Part shown: one piece after another, positions 49,951 through 59,616 of the stretch
Layout: the number at the start of each line of letters is the position of its first letter
Numbering within the stretch: position 1 is the stretch's first letter
Assembly (NCBI GenBank): GCA_965116965.1
Contig: OZ220743.1
Coordinates: 3,792,418-3,856,417 of the forward strand
Direction: 5' to 3'
Source: Acidimicrobiales bacterium
Lineage (GTDB): Bacteria; Actinomycetota; Acidimicrobiia; Acidimicrobiales; Aldehydirespiratoraceae
Length of the DNA stretch: 64,000 bases
Translations under genes and position numbers: made by a program
The notes under the pieces: model-generated
Databases searched by the model: none
The model's input: only the letters and a program-made list of their open reading frames with translations
What the model was told of the DNA's origin: nothing

Positions 49951-51330
49951 TCAGGAGGCGGTGCGCTCCACGTGGCCGCCGAAGCCGACCGTTCCCGACA
50001 CGCCGGCTGCGGAGCCGAGGCGGTGCAGCGGCACGGTGTTGTACGACGGCGACGGGGTGTAGGCCACCGGCAGCCGCTTGACGCCGCCGATGAAGTTGGA
50101 GCGCAGATAGTCGGGCTCGCCGTCGAGGCGGATGTCGGGCATGCGCCGGGCGATCTCGCGGAACATCAGGCGGATCTCCATACGGGCCAGGCTGGCGCCC
50201 AGGCAGTAATGGGGGCCTCCCCCGCCGAAACCGACATGGTCGTTCGGCGTGCGCTCGATGTCGAAGCGCCACGGGTCCTCGAAGGCCCTCGGGTCGCGGT
50301 TTGCGGCCACGTGCCACATGAGCACCTTGTCGCCCGCCGCGATCTTGACCCCGCCGATCTCGTGGTCGGAGAGGGCCTGGCGGCGGAAGTACATGACCGG
50401 GGTGGCCCAGCGCACGATCTCCTCTACCGCGGCCTCCATGTGGCGGTCCGGGTCGGCCACGAACTTCTCCCACTGATCGGGGAAATCAAAGAAGGCCATC
50501 ATCCCCCGGGTGATCGAGTTGCGGGTGGTCTCGTTGCCGGCCACGCACAGGACCAGGAAGAACATGTCGAACTCGAGTTCGGAGAGGGCCTCGCCGTCGA
50601 TGTCGGCCGCCAGCAGCGTGGTGACGATGTCGTCGGAGGGCGTGCTGCGGCGCTCCATCTGAAGCTGGTGGGAGTAGCCGAACAGATCGGCCGCGGCCGC
50701 GAGGATGTCGTCCCGGCTCTTGACGAACTCGGGGTCCTCGCCGCCGACCATGGCGTTGGTCCAGTCGAACACCCTGGAGCGGTCCTCGACGGGGATGCCC
50801 ATCATCTCGGCGATAGCCTGCAGGGGCAGCTCGGCCGAGACGTCGCGCACGAAGTCGCAGCGGCCCTCCTCCACCACCCGGTCGAGGATTATGTCGGTGC
50901 GGTTCTGGAGATAGTCCTCGAGCAGGTTGATCATCCGGGGGGTGAAGCCCCGGTTGACGAGCTTGCGGTAGCGGGTGTGGCGGGGCGGGTCCATGTCGAG
51001 CAGCGTGTGGTCGTTGGCGATGCCCGACGCCCACTCGCGCCGATCGGGATCTCGCATCTGCGTGCCGCTGTGGCTGGACGAGAACACGTCGGCCCGGCGG
51101 TTCACCTCCTTGAGGTGGGCCTGGCGGGTGATGGCCCAGTAGCCGGGACCCTTGTCGCCCTCGTCCACCCAGTGGATGCCGGGGTCCGTCTCGCGCAGCC
51201 GGGCCAGGGCGTCGTGATGGTCCTGGCGCTGGAACAGGTCGAAGTCCCACAGGTCGATGTCCGCGGCTGGGCAGAGCCCCGCTCCGTGGTCCACGGGACA
51301 GGCTGTAGCTCGCTCCTCGGTGACTGTCAT
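49951..51330 (-). CDS. cytochrome P450 (paralog of 40581..41861)
   Basis: 'VAGNETT', 'EEIVR' and heme loop 'FGGGGPHYCLGASLAR'. C-terminus 'GEPDYLRSNFIGGVKRLPV' parallels the other P450. ATG 51330. Confidence 0.9.
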   Translation of the reverse strand: MTVTEERATACPVDHGAGLCPAADIDLWDFDLFQRQDHHDALARLRETDPGIHWVDEGDKGPGYWAITRQAHLKEVNRRADVFSSSHSGTQMRDPDRREWASGIANDHTLLDMDPPRHTRYRKLVNRGFTPRMINLLEDYLQNRTDIILDRVVEEGRCDFVRDVSAELPLQAIAEMMGIPVEDRSRVFDWTNAMVGGEDPEFVKSRDDILAAAADLFGYSHQLQMERRSTPSDDIVTTLLAADIDGEALSELEFDMFFLVLCVAGNETTRNSITRGMMAFFDFPDQWEKFVADPDRHMEAAVEEIVRWATPVMYFRRQALSDHEIGGVKIAAGDKVLMWHVAANRDPRAFEDPWRFDIERTPNDHVGFGGGGPHYCLGASLARMEIRLMFREIARRMPDIRLDGEPDYLRSNFIGGVKRLPVAYTPSPSYNTVPLHRLGSAAGVSGTVGFGGHVERTAS

Positions 51331-51461
51331 GTTTCTCACCTCACTCCCGGAGGTTCCGGGCCTCGCACCGGCCGCGGCTCGCACGGCTGGCAGGCTCGTC
51401 TAGCTTCCTAGGAAGTTACCTTCCTCGGAAGATACCTTAGGGCGAGGTCGTTTGCAAACGG

Positions 51462-52568
51462 TCAGGACCGAGTCGGCTCCGGGCCGACGTAGCGGGCGCT
51501 GGGGCGCAGGATCTTGCCCGCCTCCGCCTGCTCGAGCACATGGGCGCTCCAGCCGATCGTCCTGCTCACCGCGAAAGTCGGCGTGAACATGGCCCGGGGC
51601 AGGCCGGCCAACTCCAGCACCACCGCGGCCCAGTACTCGACATTGGTGACGATGCGGTGGCCGGGCCGCCACTCGGCCAACACTCGCAGGACTTCCGCCT
51701 CGATGGCGGCCGCCCGGCAGACGAGCTCGCCGCCGAGGGACTCCGCCGCGGCCCGCAGCACCACGCCCCGCGGGTCGGCGGCCCGGTAGACCGCATGGCC
51801 GAAGCCCATGATCTTGTGGCCCGCCTCCAGCCGGGTCCGCACCCAGGCTGCCGCCCGCTCGGGCTCGCCGATCTCTTCGATCATCTCCATGGCCCGGCTC
51901 GGGGCGCCGCCGTGGAGCGGCCCGGTGAGCGCCCCCACCCCGGCCACGAGCGAGCCGGCCATGTCGGCCCCGGTGCTGGCCACCACCCGGCTGGTGAACG
52001 TCGATGCGTTGAAGCCGTGATCCAGGGTGGCCACCAGGTACTGCTCCACCGCTCGGGCAGCATCCGGGCCGGGCCGGACGCCGGTGGTCATGCGCAAGTA
52101 GTCCTCGCAGTGCGAGAGCCCGGCGTCGGGACCCACCGGGTCGAGACCCCGTCGGCGGCGATGATGACGGGCCAGCACCGTCGGCACGACGGCGGCCAGC
52201 CGCAGAGCGTCGTCACGGCGCTGAGAGGCGGTGCGGTCCAGCAACGGACCCCGGTCTTCGAGGGCCGCTACCGCTAGCAGGCCCACCCGCAGCACCGCCA
52301 TGGGATCGGGCAGCCGCGTGGCCGCCCCGTCCACGATCTCCGCGGCCTCTTCGGGCAGCGCCCGGCCGGGGCCTCCGTCGACGGCGGCAGCGTCAGGGGG
52401 CAGCCCGCCGTCTATCTGCAGGGTCCAGACGTCCTCGAGTGTGCGGGTGCGGGCCAACTCGGCCGCGTTGTGCTGGCGGTAGTGGTAGAAGCCCTCCTCG
52501 CCCCGCACCGCGCCGAGCTCGGTGTCGGCGACGGCCAGGCCCTTCAGTCCCGGAGGAGCGATCTGCAC
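51462..52568 (-). CDS. citrate synthase / 2-methylcitrate synthase family protein
   Basis: 'LDHGFNASTF', 'GPLHGGA', 'MGFGHAVYR', 'NVEYW'. GTG 52568 chosen. Confidence 0.85.
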   Translation of the reverse strand: MQIAPPGLKGLAVADTELGAVRGEEGFYHYRQHNAAELARTRTLEDVWTLQIDGGLPPDAAAVDGGPGRALPEEAAEIVDGAATRLPDPMAVLRVGLLAVAALEDRGPLLDRTASQRRDDALRLAAVVPTVLARHHRRRRGLDPVGPDAGLSHCEDYLRMTTGVRPGPDAARAVEQYLVATLDHGFNASTFTSRVVASTGADMAGSLVAGVGALTGPLHGGAPSRAMEMIEEIGEPERAAAWVRTRLEAGHKIMGFGHAVYRAADPRGVVLRAAAESLGGELVCRAAAIEAEVLRVLAEWRPGHRIVTNVEYWAAVVLELAGLPRAMFTPTFAVSRTIGWSAHVLEQAEAGKILRPSARYVGPEPTRS

Positions 52569-52755
52569 GGCTGCTGCTCTCTTCTTCTGGCGAGTTCCCG
52601 CCCACCAAGATCGACGCGGCTGGTCAGGCGCCGAACGTCGCCCGACCAGAAAATCGGGCGATTGTTGCGATTGGAGCAACTGTGCCGCGATTTCAGCTGC
52701 CAGGGGGCCGAGTGGACAGGCAGCGACCCGCAGCCATCTTCCCCGGGGCACCAGC

Positions 52756-52802
52756 GGGGCCGTGGCCCGAGCGGCCCTCAGGTCGCAGCGAACAAGAGCG
52801 GT
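52756..52802 (+). repeat. dispersed repeat, copy 3 (diverged core only)
   Basis: ggggccgtggcccgagcggccctcaggtcgcagcgaacaagagcggt retains the 'ggccgtggcccgagcggccc' and 'gcgaacaagagcgg' blocks. Intergenic between two minus-strand genes. Confidence 0.7.
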
Positions 52803-52844
52803 AATGCCCCGCTTCCGCGCGAGGGGTCTCGCCCAGTCGCGATT

Positions 52845-54092
52845 TCAGCTGATGTTGCTGGCGGGCACGGCGGCCTGGACGACCGACGCCTCAACCACCG
52901 GGATCTCGTGGCGCTCCAGGGGGCGCATCCGCTCCTTGCGGGCCAGAGCCTTCTCGATGTAGGGCGCCAACTCCTCGGCCTTGGCCGCCTCGCGCTCGGC
53001 CCGGCCCGGAACGAACTCGCCCAGCACGTCCGATCCGAACAGGCGCAGGCTCGCACAGATGTCGCTATGGAGGTTCTTGCCGCCCTGCTGCAGGAAGATC
53101 ACATGGTCGATGCCGGCGTCCTCGGCCTGCTTGAGCCAGCGGACGGCGTCGGCGGGGGTGCCGATGGTGTCGGCGTAGTCGTCGCCGGCGCCCATCGCGA
53201 CGGCCACCGCGTCGTCCAGCGCCGAGCCCCGCTGGGCCTCGTAGCGGTCCCAGATGTCGGAGTGGCCCGGGATGGTGTGGTGCACCACCAGCTGCCGCAG
53301 GGCGTAAGCGAAGAAGTGGAACCCTTCGAAGCCTCGCCGGATGGCCTCGGCCCGCTCGGAGTGCAGCGAGAAGCCGGTGACCACCGCGATGTTGGCGTTG
53401 ACGCTGTGGCCGAGCGGCACGCACTCGTCGCTGCGGATGATGTCGTAGTACACCTCGGCCCAGTGGCGGGCCTCGGCCGGGTCCACGAAGGCGAATGCCA
53501 GGGCGCCGAGACCCCGGCGGGCGGCCAACTCGATGGTGGTGCGGTTGGTGCAGGCGATCCACATGGGTGGATGGGGCTTCTGCGCCGGCTTGGGTATCAC
53601 GTCGCGGCACGGCATCGAGAAGAATTCGCCCTCGAAGCCGGGGTAGGGCGACATGGCCATCATGTTGGCGATCTGCTCGCCCGCCTCGAGGCTCATGGCC
53701 CGCTTCTGCTTGGCCGGGATGCCGAAGCCGCCGAGCTCCAGGCGGGTCGCTCCCTCACCGATGCCGTACTCCACCCTGCCCCCGGAGATCAGGTCGAGGG
53801 TGGCGATGCACTCGGCGGTGCGGGCGGGGTGGTTGTAGGGAGGCGGCGCCTGGCGGATGCCGTGGCCGAGGCGGATGCGCTTGGTGCGGGCCGCGCAGGC
53901 GGCCAGGAACACCTCCGGCGCCGAGCAGTGCGAGTACTCCTCCAGGAAGTGGTGCTCGACCGCCCAGGCCACATCGATGCCGACCTCGTCGGCCACCTCG
54001 ACCTGCTCGATCGCCTCGGCTATCAGCCGCTGCTCGGAGTCCGGGGCCCAGGGTCGGGGCATCTGCAACTCGTAGAAGACGCCGAACCGCAC
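52845..54092 (-). CDS. LLM-class flavin-dependent oxidoreductase (luciferase-like monooxygenase)
   Basis: 'MRFGVFYELQMPRPW...VEVADEVGIDVAWAVEHHF...' is the typical LLM TIM-barrel N-terminus. 415 aa. Confidence 0.9.
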   Translation of the reverse strand: MRFGVFYELQMPRPWAPDSEQRLIAEAIEQVEVADEVGIDVAWAVEHHFLEEYSHCSAPEVFLAACAARTKRIRLGHGIRQAPPPYNHPARTAECIATLDLISGGRVEYGIGEGATRLELGGFGIPAKQKRAMSLEAGEQIANMMAMSPYPGFEGEFFSMPCRDVIPKPAQKPHPPMWIACTNRTTIELAARRGLGALAFAFVDPAEARHWAEVYYDIIRSDECVPLGHSVNANIAVVTGFSLHSERAEAIRRGFEGFHFFAYALRQLVVHHTIPGHSDIWDRYEAQRGSALDDAVAVAMGAGDDYADTIGTPADAVRWLKQAEDAGIDHVIFLQQGGKNLHSDICASLRLFGSDVLGEFVPGRAEREAAKAEELAPYIEKALARKERMRPLERHEIPVVEASVVQAAVPASNIS

Positions 54093-54138
54093 GACGACTC
54101 AACCTAACGGGCGGCCTTGTGGGGCCATGAATCGCGGT

Positions 54139-55038
54139 TCAGAACTCGAAGCCGGCCATGCCGAAGTAGCCGCTGGCCGCAGTCTTGTCGCGGCGGTGGC
54201 GGTCCCACCTCGGAGCATCCGCGGGCGGTTGCGGATCGTCGCCCAGCACCGTCACCCGGTGCAGGACCCGGGTCCGGTCCGCCTCACCGATGTCGTCCAC
54301 GATGGAGTGCAGCGTGACCCGCTCGTCCCACAGCGCCACATCGCCGGGCGACCAGCGCCAGCGGCAGCTGAACTTGATCTGCTCCTGCCAGCGGTACAGG
54401 AAGCCCAGCAGCGCCTGGCTCTCGGGCCGGGACAGCTGGGGGATGCGCCGCCCGTGCTGCCTGTTGACGTACAGGCTGCGCCGTCCGGTGCCGGGATGGA
54501 CCCTCACCACCGGATGCTCGGCCCGCAGCGACCCCTGCTTGCCGTCGTCGTGGATGCAGGTGAGACCGGTCAGGAAGGCCTGCATGGGCGCCGACAGCGA
54601 GTCGTACACCTCGTAGCAGTTGATCCACATGGTGTCGCCGCCTGCGGGCGGGCACTGCACCATGTGCAGCAGCGCGGCGATCGGGGGGTGCTCGCTGTAG
54701 GTGACGTCGGTGTGCCAGATGTCGGCCTTGGGAGTGGCCGACGTGTCGAGCACGCACACCTCGGGGGTGTTCTCGTCGACCTTCTCGATGTACGGGTGCA
54801 CCTCGAGCTCGCCGAACAGCGCGCCGATGTCGCGCAGCTGCTCCACGCTGGGGCCCAGCCCCGGTAGGAAGATCACCAGGCGGGCGTCGAGAGCGTCGCG
54901 CAGCGCGGCTGCGGCCCGCTCGTCGAGGCGGTCGGGATCGAGGCCTCTCACCTCGGCCCCGAGCGCTCCGGCGATGGGCTTGACGTCGAGTTCCAGGGCG
55001 GATTGAAGGCCGACCGGCCGGGCCGGGGCGAGGGTCAT
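54139..55038 (-). CDS. TauD/TfdA-family Fe(II)/2-oxoglutarate dioxygenase
   Basis: 'WHTDVTY' (HxD), 'GGDTMW', 'WDERVTLH'. ATG 55038; the longer ORF to 56025 is antisense to the next gene. Confidence 0.85.
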   Translation of the reverse strand: MTLAPARPVGLQSALELDVKPIAGALGAEVRGLDPDRLDERAAAALRDALDARLVIFLPGLGPSVEQLRDIGALFGELEVHPYIEKVDENTPEVCVLDTSATPKADIWHTDVTYSEHPPIAALLHMVQCPPAGGDTMWINCYEVYDSLSAPMQAFLTGLTCIHDDGKQGSLRAEHPVVRVHPGTGRRSLYVNRQHGRRIPQLSRPESQALLGFLYRWQEQIKFSCRWRWSPGDVALWDERVTLHSIVDDIGEADRTRVLHRVTVLGDDPQPPADAPRWDRHRRDKTAASGYFGMAGFEF

Positions 55039-55161
55039 GGCGGCCAGGGTACCGCTGGTACTGCGCCCGAGCCGACGGGAGGGGGCGCTACCGTGGCAGG
55101 CGGTCACCAAGCCTGGACCGCTGCACGACGAGGGGACCTGCGACATGTCGGACCGGAGTCC

Positions 55162-56154
55162 GTGACCGTCACCATCGGTGAACTCCTGCAGGCCAAGGGA
55201 TACGTCGTGGCCGACGGGGCCATGGGGACCCAGCTCTTCGCGGTGGGGCTCAGCGCCGGCGACCCTCCCGAGGCCTGGAATGTGCATCACGCCGACGAGG
55301 TGCGAGCCATCCACCGGGCCTACCTGCAGGCCGGGGCCGATCTGGTGATCACCAACAGCTTCGGGGGAACCTCGTTCCGCCTGGCCCTGCACAGCCTCCA
55401 GGACAGGGTGGTCGAATTGAACGAGGCCGCGGCCCGCGTCGCCCGCATCGAAGCCGACGCCGAGTCCGAGCGGACCGGCCGCCCGGTGCTGGTGGCCGGC
55501 TCGATGGGTCCGTCCGGGGAGCTGCTGGAGCCGATGGGGAACATGTCGGCCGCGGCGTGCGAGGCCGCCTTCGCCGAGCAGGCCGAGGGTCTGGCCGTAG
55601 GTGGCGCGGATGTGCTCTGGATCGAGACAATGAGCGATCTCGACGAGTTGGAGGCCGCGGTACGGGGAGCTCGCTCGGCCTGTGATCTTCCGGTGGCCGC
55701 GACCATGAGCTTCGACACGGCCGGACGCACCATGATGGGCATCACCGGCACCGAGATGGCCGAACGTCTGGACGGGCTGGGCTTGGCGGCCATGGGCGCC
55801 AACTGCGGCAACAACGTTGCTGACACCGAGGCGGCCGTCGGCGCGGTGGCCGCGGCGTCGACGGGCACCCCGGTGATCTCCAAACCCAACGCGGGTGTGC
55901 CGGTGTGGAGTGGCGACGCACTGGTCTACGACGGCACCCCCGAAGTGCTGGCCGCCCACGCCCACCGGGCCCGGGCCGCCGGGGTGGCCGTGATCGGCAG
56001 CTGCTGCGGAAGCACCCCGACCCACACCGCCAAGATCGCGGCCGTGCTGGCCGGCGACGAGCCGCCCCCCGACATCGAGGCCGCACCCCCATCAGCCGTA
56101 CCGGGCACAGAGGACCGCCTAGCCCGCCGCCGCACCCGCCGCCGTACCCACTAG
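55162..56154 (+). CDS. homocysteine S-methyltransferase domain protein (BHMT/MmuM-like)
   Basis: 'DGAMGTQL', 'ITNSFG', 'GANCG', 'IGSCCGSTPTH' (zinc-binding Cys). GTG 55162. Confidence 0.85.
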   Translation: MTVTIGELLQAKGYVVADGAMGTQLFAVGLSAGDPPEAWNVHHADEVRAIHRAYLQAGADLVITNSFGGTSFRLALHSLQDRVVELNEAAARVARIEADAESERTGRPVLVAGSMGPSGELLEPMGNMSAAACEAAFAEQAEGLAVGGADVLWIETMSDLDELEAAVRGARSACDLPVAATMSFDTAGRTMMGITGTEMAERLDGLGLAAMGANCGNNVADTEAAVGAVAAASTGTPVISKPNAGVPVWSGDALVYDGTPEVLAAHAHRARAAGVAVIGSCCGSTPTHTAKIAAVLAGDEPPPDIEAAPPSAVPGTEDRLARRRTRRRTH

Positions 56155-56252
56155 TGGTCCGTCGCTGAAATGATCGGGGCGTCCGGAGCGCTCTCAAGCA
56201 GGGTCTCGGTCCTGCTGCGCTGCCCTAGCCATTTCGACGACACAGCACTAGT
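56151..56252. repeat. 102-bp long-hairpin (MITE/REP-like) element, copy A
   Basis: CTAGTG...CACTAG termini with about 21-nt imperfect terminal inverted repeats and nested internal pairings (gcagg/cctgc, agcgc/gcgct, gggc/gccc). 99/102 identical to copy B. Contains the stop codons of both convergent flanking genes. Confidence 0.85.
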
Positions 56253-57846
56253 GGCGGAACTGGCGCTCTCCGGTGAAGAGCATGGCGATATTGCGCTCGT
56301 CGGCTGCGGCGATGACTGCGGCGTCATTGACTGAGCCGCCCGGCTGAACCACGACCGCCGCGCCCGCCTCGACGGCCGCGTGGATGCCGTCGGCGAACGG
56401 GTAGAACCCGTCGCTGGCGCAGGCGCCGCCCGCGGCTCGGCCCCTGGCCTTGGCCGCGGCGATCTGGCCTGCCTCTACCCGGCTCTGCTGACCGGCGCCT
56501 ATGCCCCAGGCAGTCCGGTCGCGGGCCAGCACCACCGCGTTAGAGCTGGTGTGGGCGCACACCCGCCAGGCGAACACGGCATCGGCCCGTTCGCTGTCGG
56601 TGGGCTGGCGAGCGGTGACCACTCGCCAGCCGTCAGGGTCGGTCTCAAGCCGGCGAGGAGTCTGCACCAGGAACTCGCCGGCCAGACCGCCGAGAGTGCG
56701 CAACTCCCACGGCGGCTCGTCGATGCGGTCCTCCGGTGCTTCCAGAAGGCGGGTGTTGGCCCGGCGCGCGGCCAGGCAGTCAACGACGCCCTTCTCAAAG
56801 CCGGGGGCGATCACGACGTCGGCCTGGGCCGCGACGACCATGGCGTCCGCGGTGACCTGGTCGATCACCGTGTTGGTGGCTACGATCCCGCCGAAGGCAC
56901 TGCGGGGGTCGCAGTCGAAGGCCCGCGAGTAGGCGGTGGCCAGCTCATTGGCGACGGCGGCGCCACACGGGTTGGCGTGTTTGACGATCACCGCAGCGGG
57001 CCGGTCGCCCAGGTCGTGGGCTAGGCGCCAAGCCGCCTCCGCGTCCATCAGGTTGAGGTAGCTCAGCGCCTGGCCGCCGTGCTGGACGACGGCGTCGAAG
57101 AATCCGGGCGTCCGCCGGGCGCGGTATCGGGCGCCCTGCTGGTAGGGGTTCTCGCCGTAGCGCAGCGTCTCGGCCCGCTCGAGTTCGAGGCGGATCACCG
57201 CGGGCAGACCAGGCTCGTCCGGCCCGCTCCCGGCGTCGAACCAGCCAGCGATGGTCGCCTCGTACGCCGCGGTGTGGGCGAACGCCTTGCCGGCCAGCCG
57301 GCGGCGGCTGGCCGCTGACAGACGCCCGTTCAAGCGAAACTCGTCCAGGACCGCCTGGTAGTCAGCCGGGTCCACCACTACGCCCACGTGGGCATGGTTC
57401 TTGGCCGCGGCCCGCACCATGGTCGGGCCGCCTATGTCGATCGTCTCGATGCCGGGCGAAGCCTCGAACGGATACAGGTTCGCCACCACCAGATCGATCG
57501 GGTCAATGCTGTTGGCCTCCAGGTCAGCCCTGTGGGCGGGGTCCTCCCGGTCGGCCAGGATCCCGCCGTGGACTCGAGGATGGAGCGTCACCACCCGGTG
57601 CCCCAGCATGACCGGCGAACCCGTGTAGTCGGCCACATCCGCCACTGGCAGTCCTGCGTCCTCCAACACCCGGGCCGTGCCCGCACTCGCGATCAGCTCC
57701 CACCCCAACTCGACCAGCCCCGCGGTCAACTCGACCACGCCTGACTTGTCATAGACAGAGATCAGCGCTCGTGGTGCCGTGTCCACAAACGTCGAGCCTA
57801 CGGGCCGGACGCTGTAGGAGAGACCACTGTCACACGGTCCCGACAT
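56248..57846 (-). CDS. purH: bifunctional AICAR transformylase / IMP cyclohydrolase
   Basis: 'ALISVYDKSG', 'SAGTARVL', 'VVTLHPRVHGGIL', 'VVNLYPF', 'IGAGQQSRV'. ATG 57846 chosen. Confidence 0.95.
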   Translation of the reverse strand: MSGPCDSGLSYSVRPVGSTFVDTAPRALISVYDKSGVVELTAGLVELGWELIASAGTARVLEDAGLPVADVADYTGSPVMLGHRVVTLHPRVHGGILADREDPAHRADLEANSIDPIDLVVANLYPFEASPGIETIDIGGPTMVRAAAKNHAHVGVVVDPADYQAVLDEFRLNGRLSAASRRRLAGKAFAHTAAYEATIAGWFDAGSGPDEPGLPAVIRLELERAETLRYGENPYQQGARYRARRTPGFFDAVVQHGGQALSYLNLMDAEAAWRLAHDLGDRPAAVIVKHANPCGAAVANELATAYSRAFDCDPRSAFGGIVATNTVIDQVTADAMVVAAQADVVIAPGFEKGVVDCLAARRANTRLLEAPEDRIDEPPWELRTLGGLAGEFLVQTPRRLETDPDGWRVVTARQPTDSERADAVFAWRVCAHTSSNAVVLARDRTAWGIGAGQQSRVEAGQIAAAKARGRAAGGACASDGFYPFADGIHAAVEAGAAVVVQPGGSVNDAAVIAAADERNIAMLFTGERQFRH

Positions 57847-57956
57847 CGCCCGTTGACCTATTTCAAATATATTAGCATAGCATGAAACAAGCAAAAAGGG
57901 GTCTCCGCTACCTATGCTGACTGCGCCATCGCCGTCAACTGCCCAATCGAGGATCG

Positions 57957-58288
57957 GTGGACGTTCTGTTCTCGACAGCCAAGCTGCGACGACAACTGTC
58001 GGACCAGAGACTGCTCCAGCGTCGCTGGGGGGCGGAAGGCGCGAAACGAATCACGCTGCGACTTCAGCAGCTTGCGGCTGCGGTTAGCCTCGATGACATG
58101 CGCCACCTGCCCGGCAGATGCCACGAGTCGTCGGCCGCCGCGCCGGCGAACTCGCCGTGGACTTGCACCGTGGCCACCGCCTCATTTTCCGCCCGACGGC
58201 TGTGCCTCCGCTGACGAGGGAGGACGACGGCCTCGATTGGACTCGGGTCAAAAGCGTGACCGTCACCGAGATCGTCGACTACCACTGA
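57957..58288 (+). pseudogene. HigB-like toxin gene with a frameshift near 58127
   Basis: Frame 0 encodes 'FSTAKLRRQL...GAKRITLRLQQLAAAVSLDDMRHLPGRCHE'. The conserved C-terminal half 'GRRAGELAVDLHRGHRLIFRP...DWTRVKSVTVTEIVDYH*' is in another frame. Confidence 0.6.
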
Positions 58289-58303
58289 CACGAGGAGGCT
58301 GGT

Positions 58304-58615
58304 ATGGCCGATACGACCGCAGGCGGGCACCACTACGTCCCTGAAGTCGTGCTGCCTCCGGGCGACACGCTCGCCGAGGTGCTAGAGGAGAGGGGCATCG
58401 CTCCAGCCGAATTCGCCGAGCGCACCGGCCTGTCGGTCGAGCACGTCAACCTGATGATCGGCGGCCAGGCGCCCGTAACCCTCGAGATCGCCGAAATGCT
58501 GGAGCGTGAGACCGGAGTCTCGGCAGAGGTGTGGGCGAACCTCGAGGCCGCGTTTCGAGCGTACGAGACGCGCATTCGGGCACGCGCCGACCGAGGCCTA
58601 GTGGTCCGTCGCTGA
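58304..58615 (+). CDS. higA: HigA-family antitoxin (XRE HTH)
   Basis: 'PPGDTLAEVLEERGIAPAEFAERTGLSVEHVNLMIGGQAPVTLEIAEML'. Its last 6 codons and stop lie inside repeat copy B. Confidence 0.8.
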   Translation: MADTTAGGHHYVPEVVLPPGDTLAEVLEERGIAPAEFAERTGLSVEHVNLMIGGQAPVTLEIAEMLERETGVSAEVWANLEAAFRAYETRIRARADRGLVVRR

Positions 58616-58699
58616 AATAATCGGGGTGTCCGGAGCGCTCCCAAGCAGGGTCTCGGTCCTGCTGCGCTGCCCTAGCCATTTCGACGACACAGCACTAGT
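58598..58699. repeat. 102-bp long-hairpin element, copy B
   Basis: Differs from copy A at 3 positions. Lies between the convergent higA and sucD genes. Confidence 0.85.
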
Positions 58700-58731
58700 T
58701 GCGGGGGCAGCCGACGGACGCTGACGTTTCG

Positions 58732-59612
<881 letters not shown>

Positions 59613-59616
<4 letters not shown>

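Noticed and set aside
55039-55161. Riboswitch (SAM/SAH/cobalamin) in the 123-nt gap upstream of the homocysteine methyltransferase gene
   Set aside because: The gap is too short for a cobalamin riboswitch. I could not find a B12 box or SAM-IV/SAH consensus blocks; 'AGCCTGGACCGCTGC' is only a loose resemblance. It is more simply a divergent promoter region.
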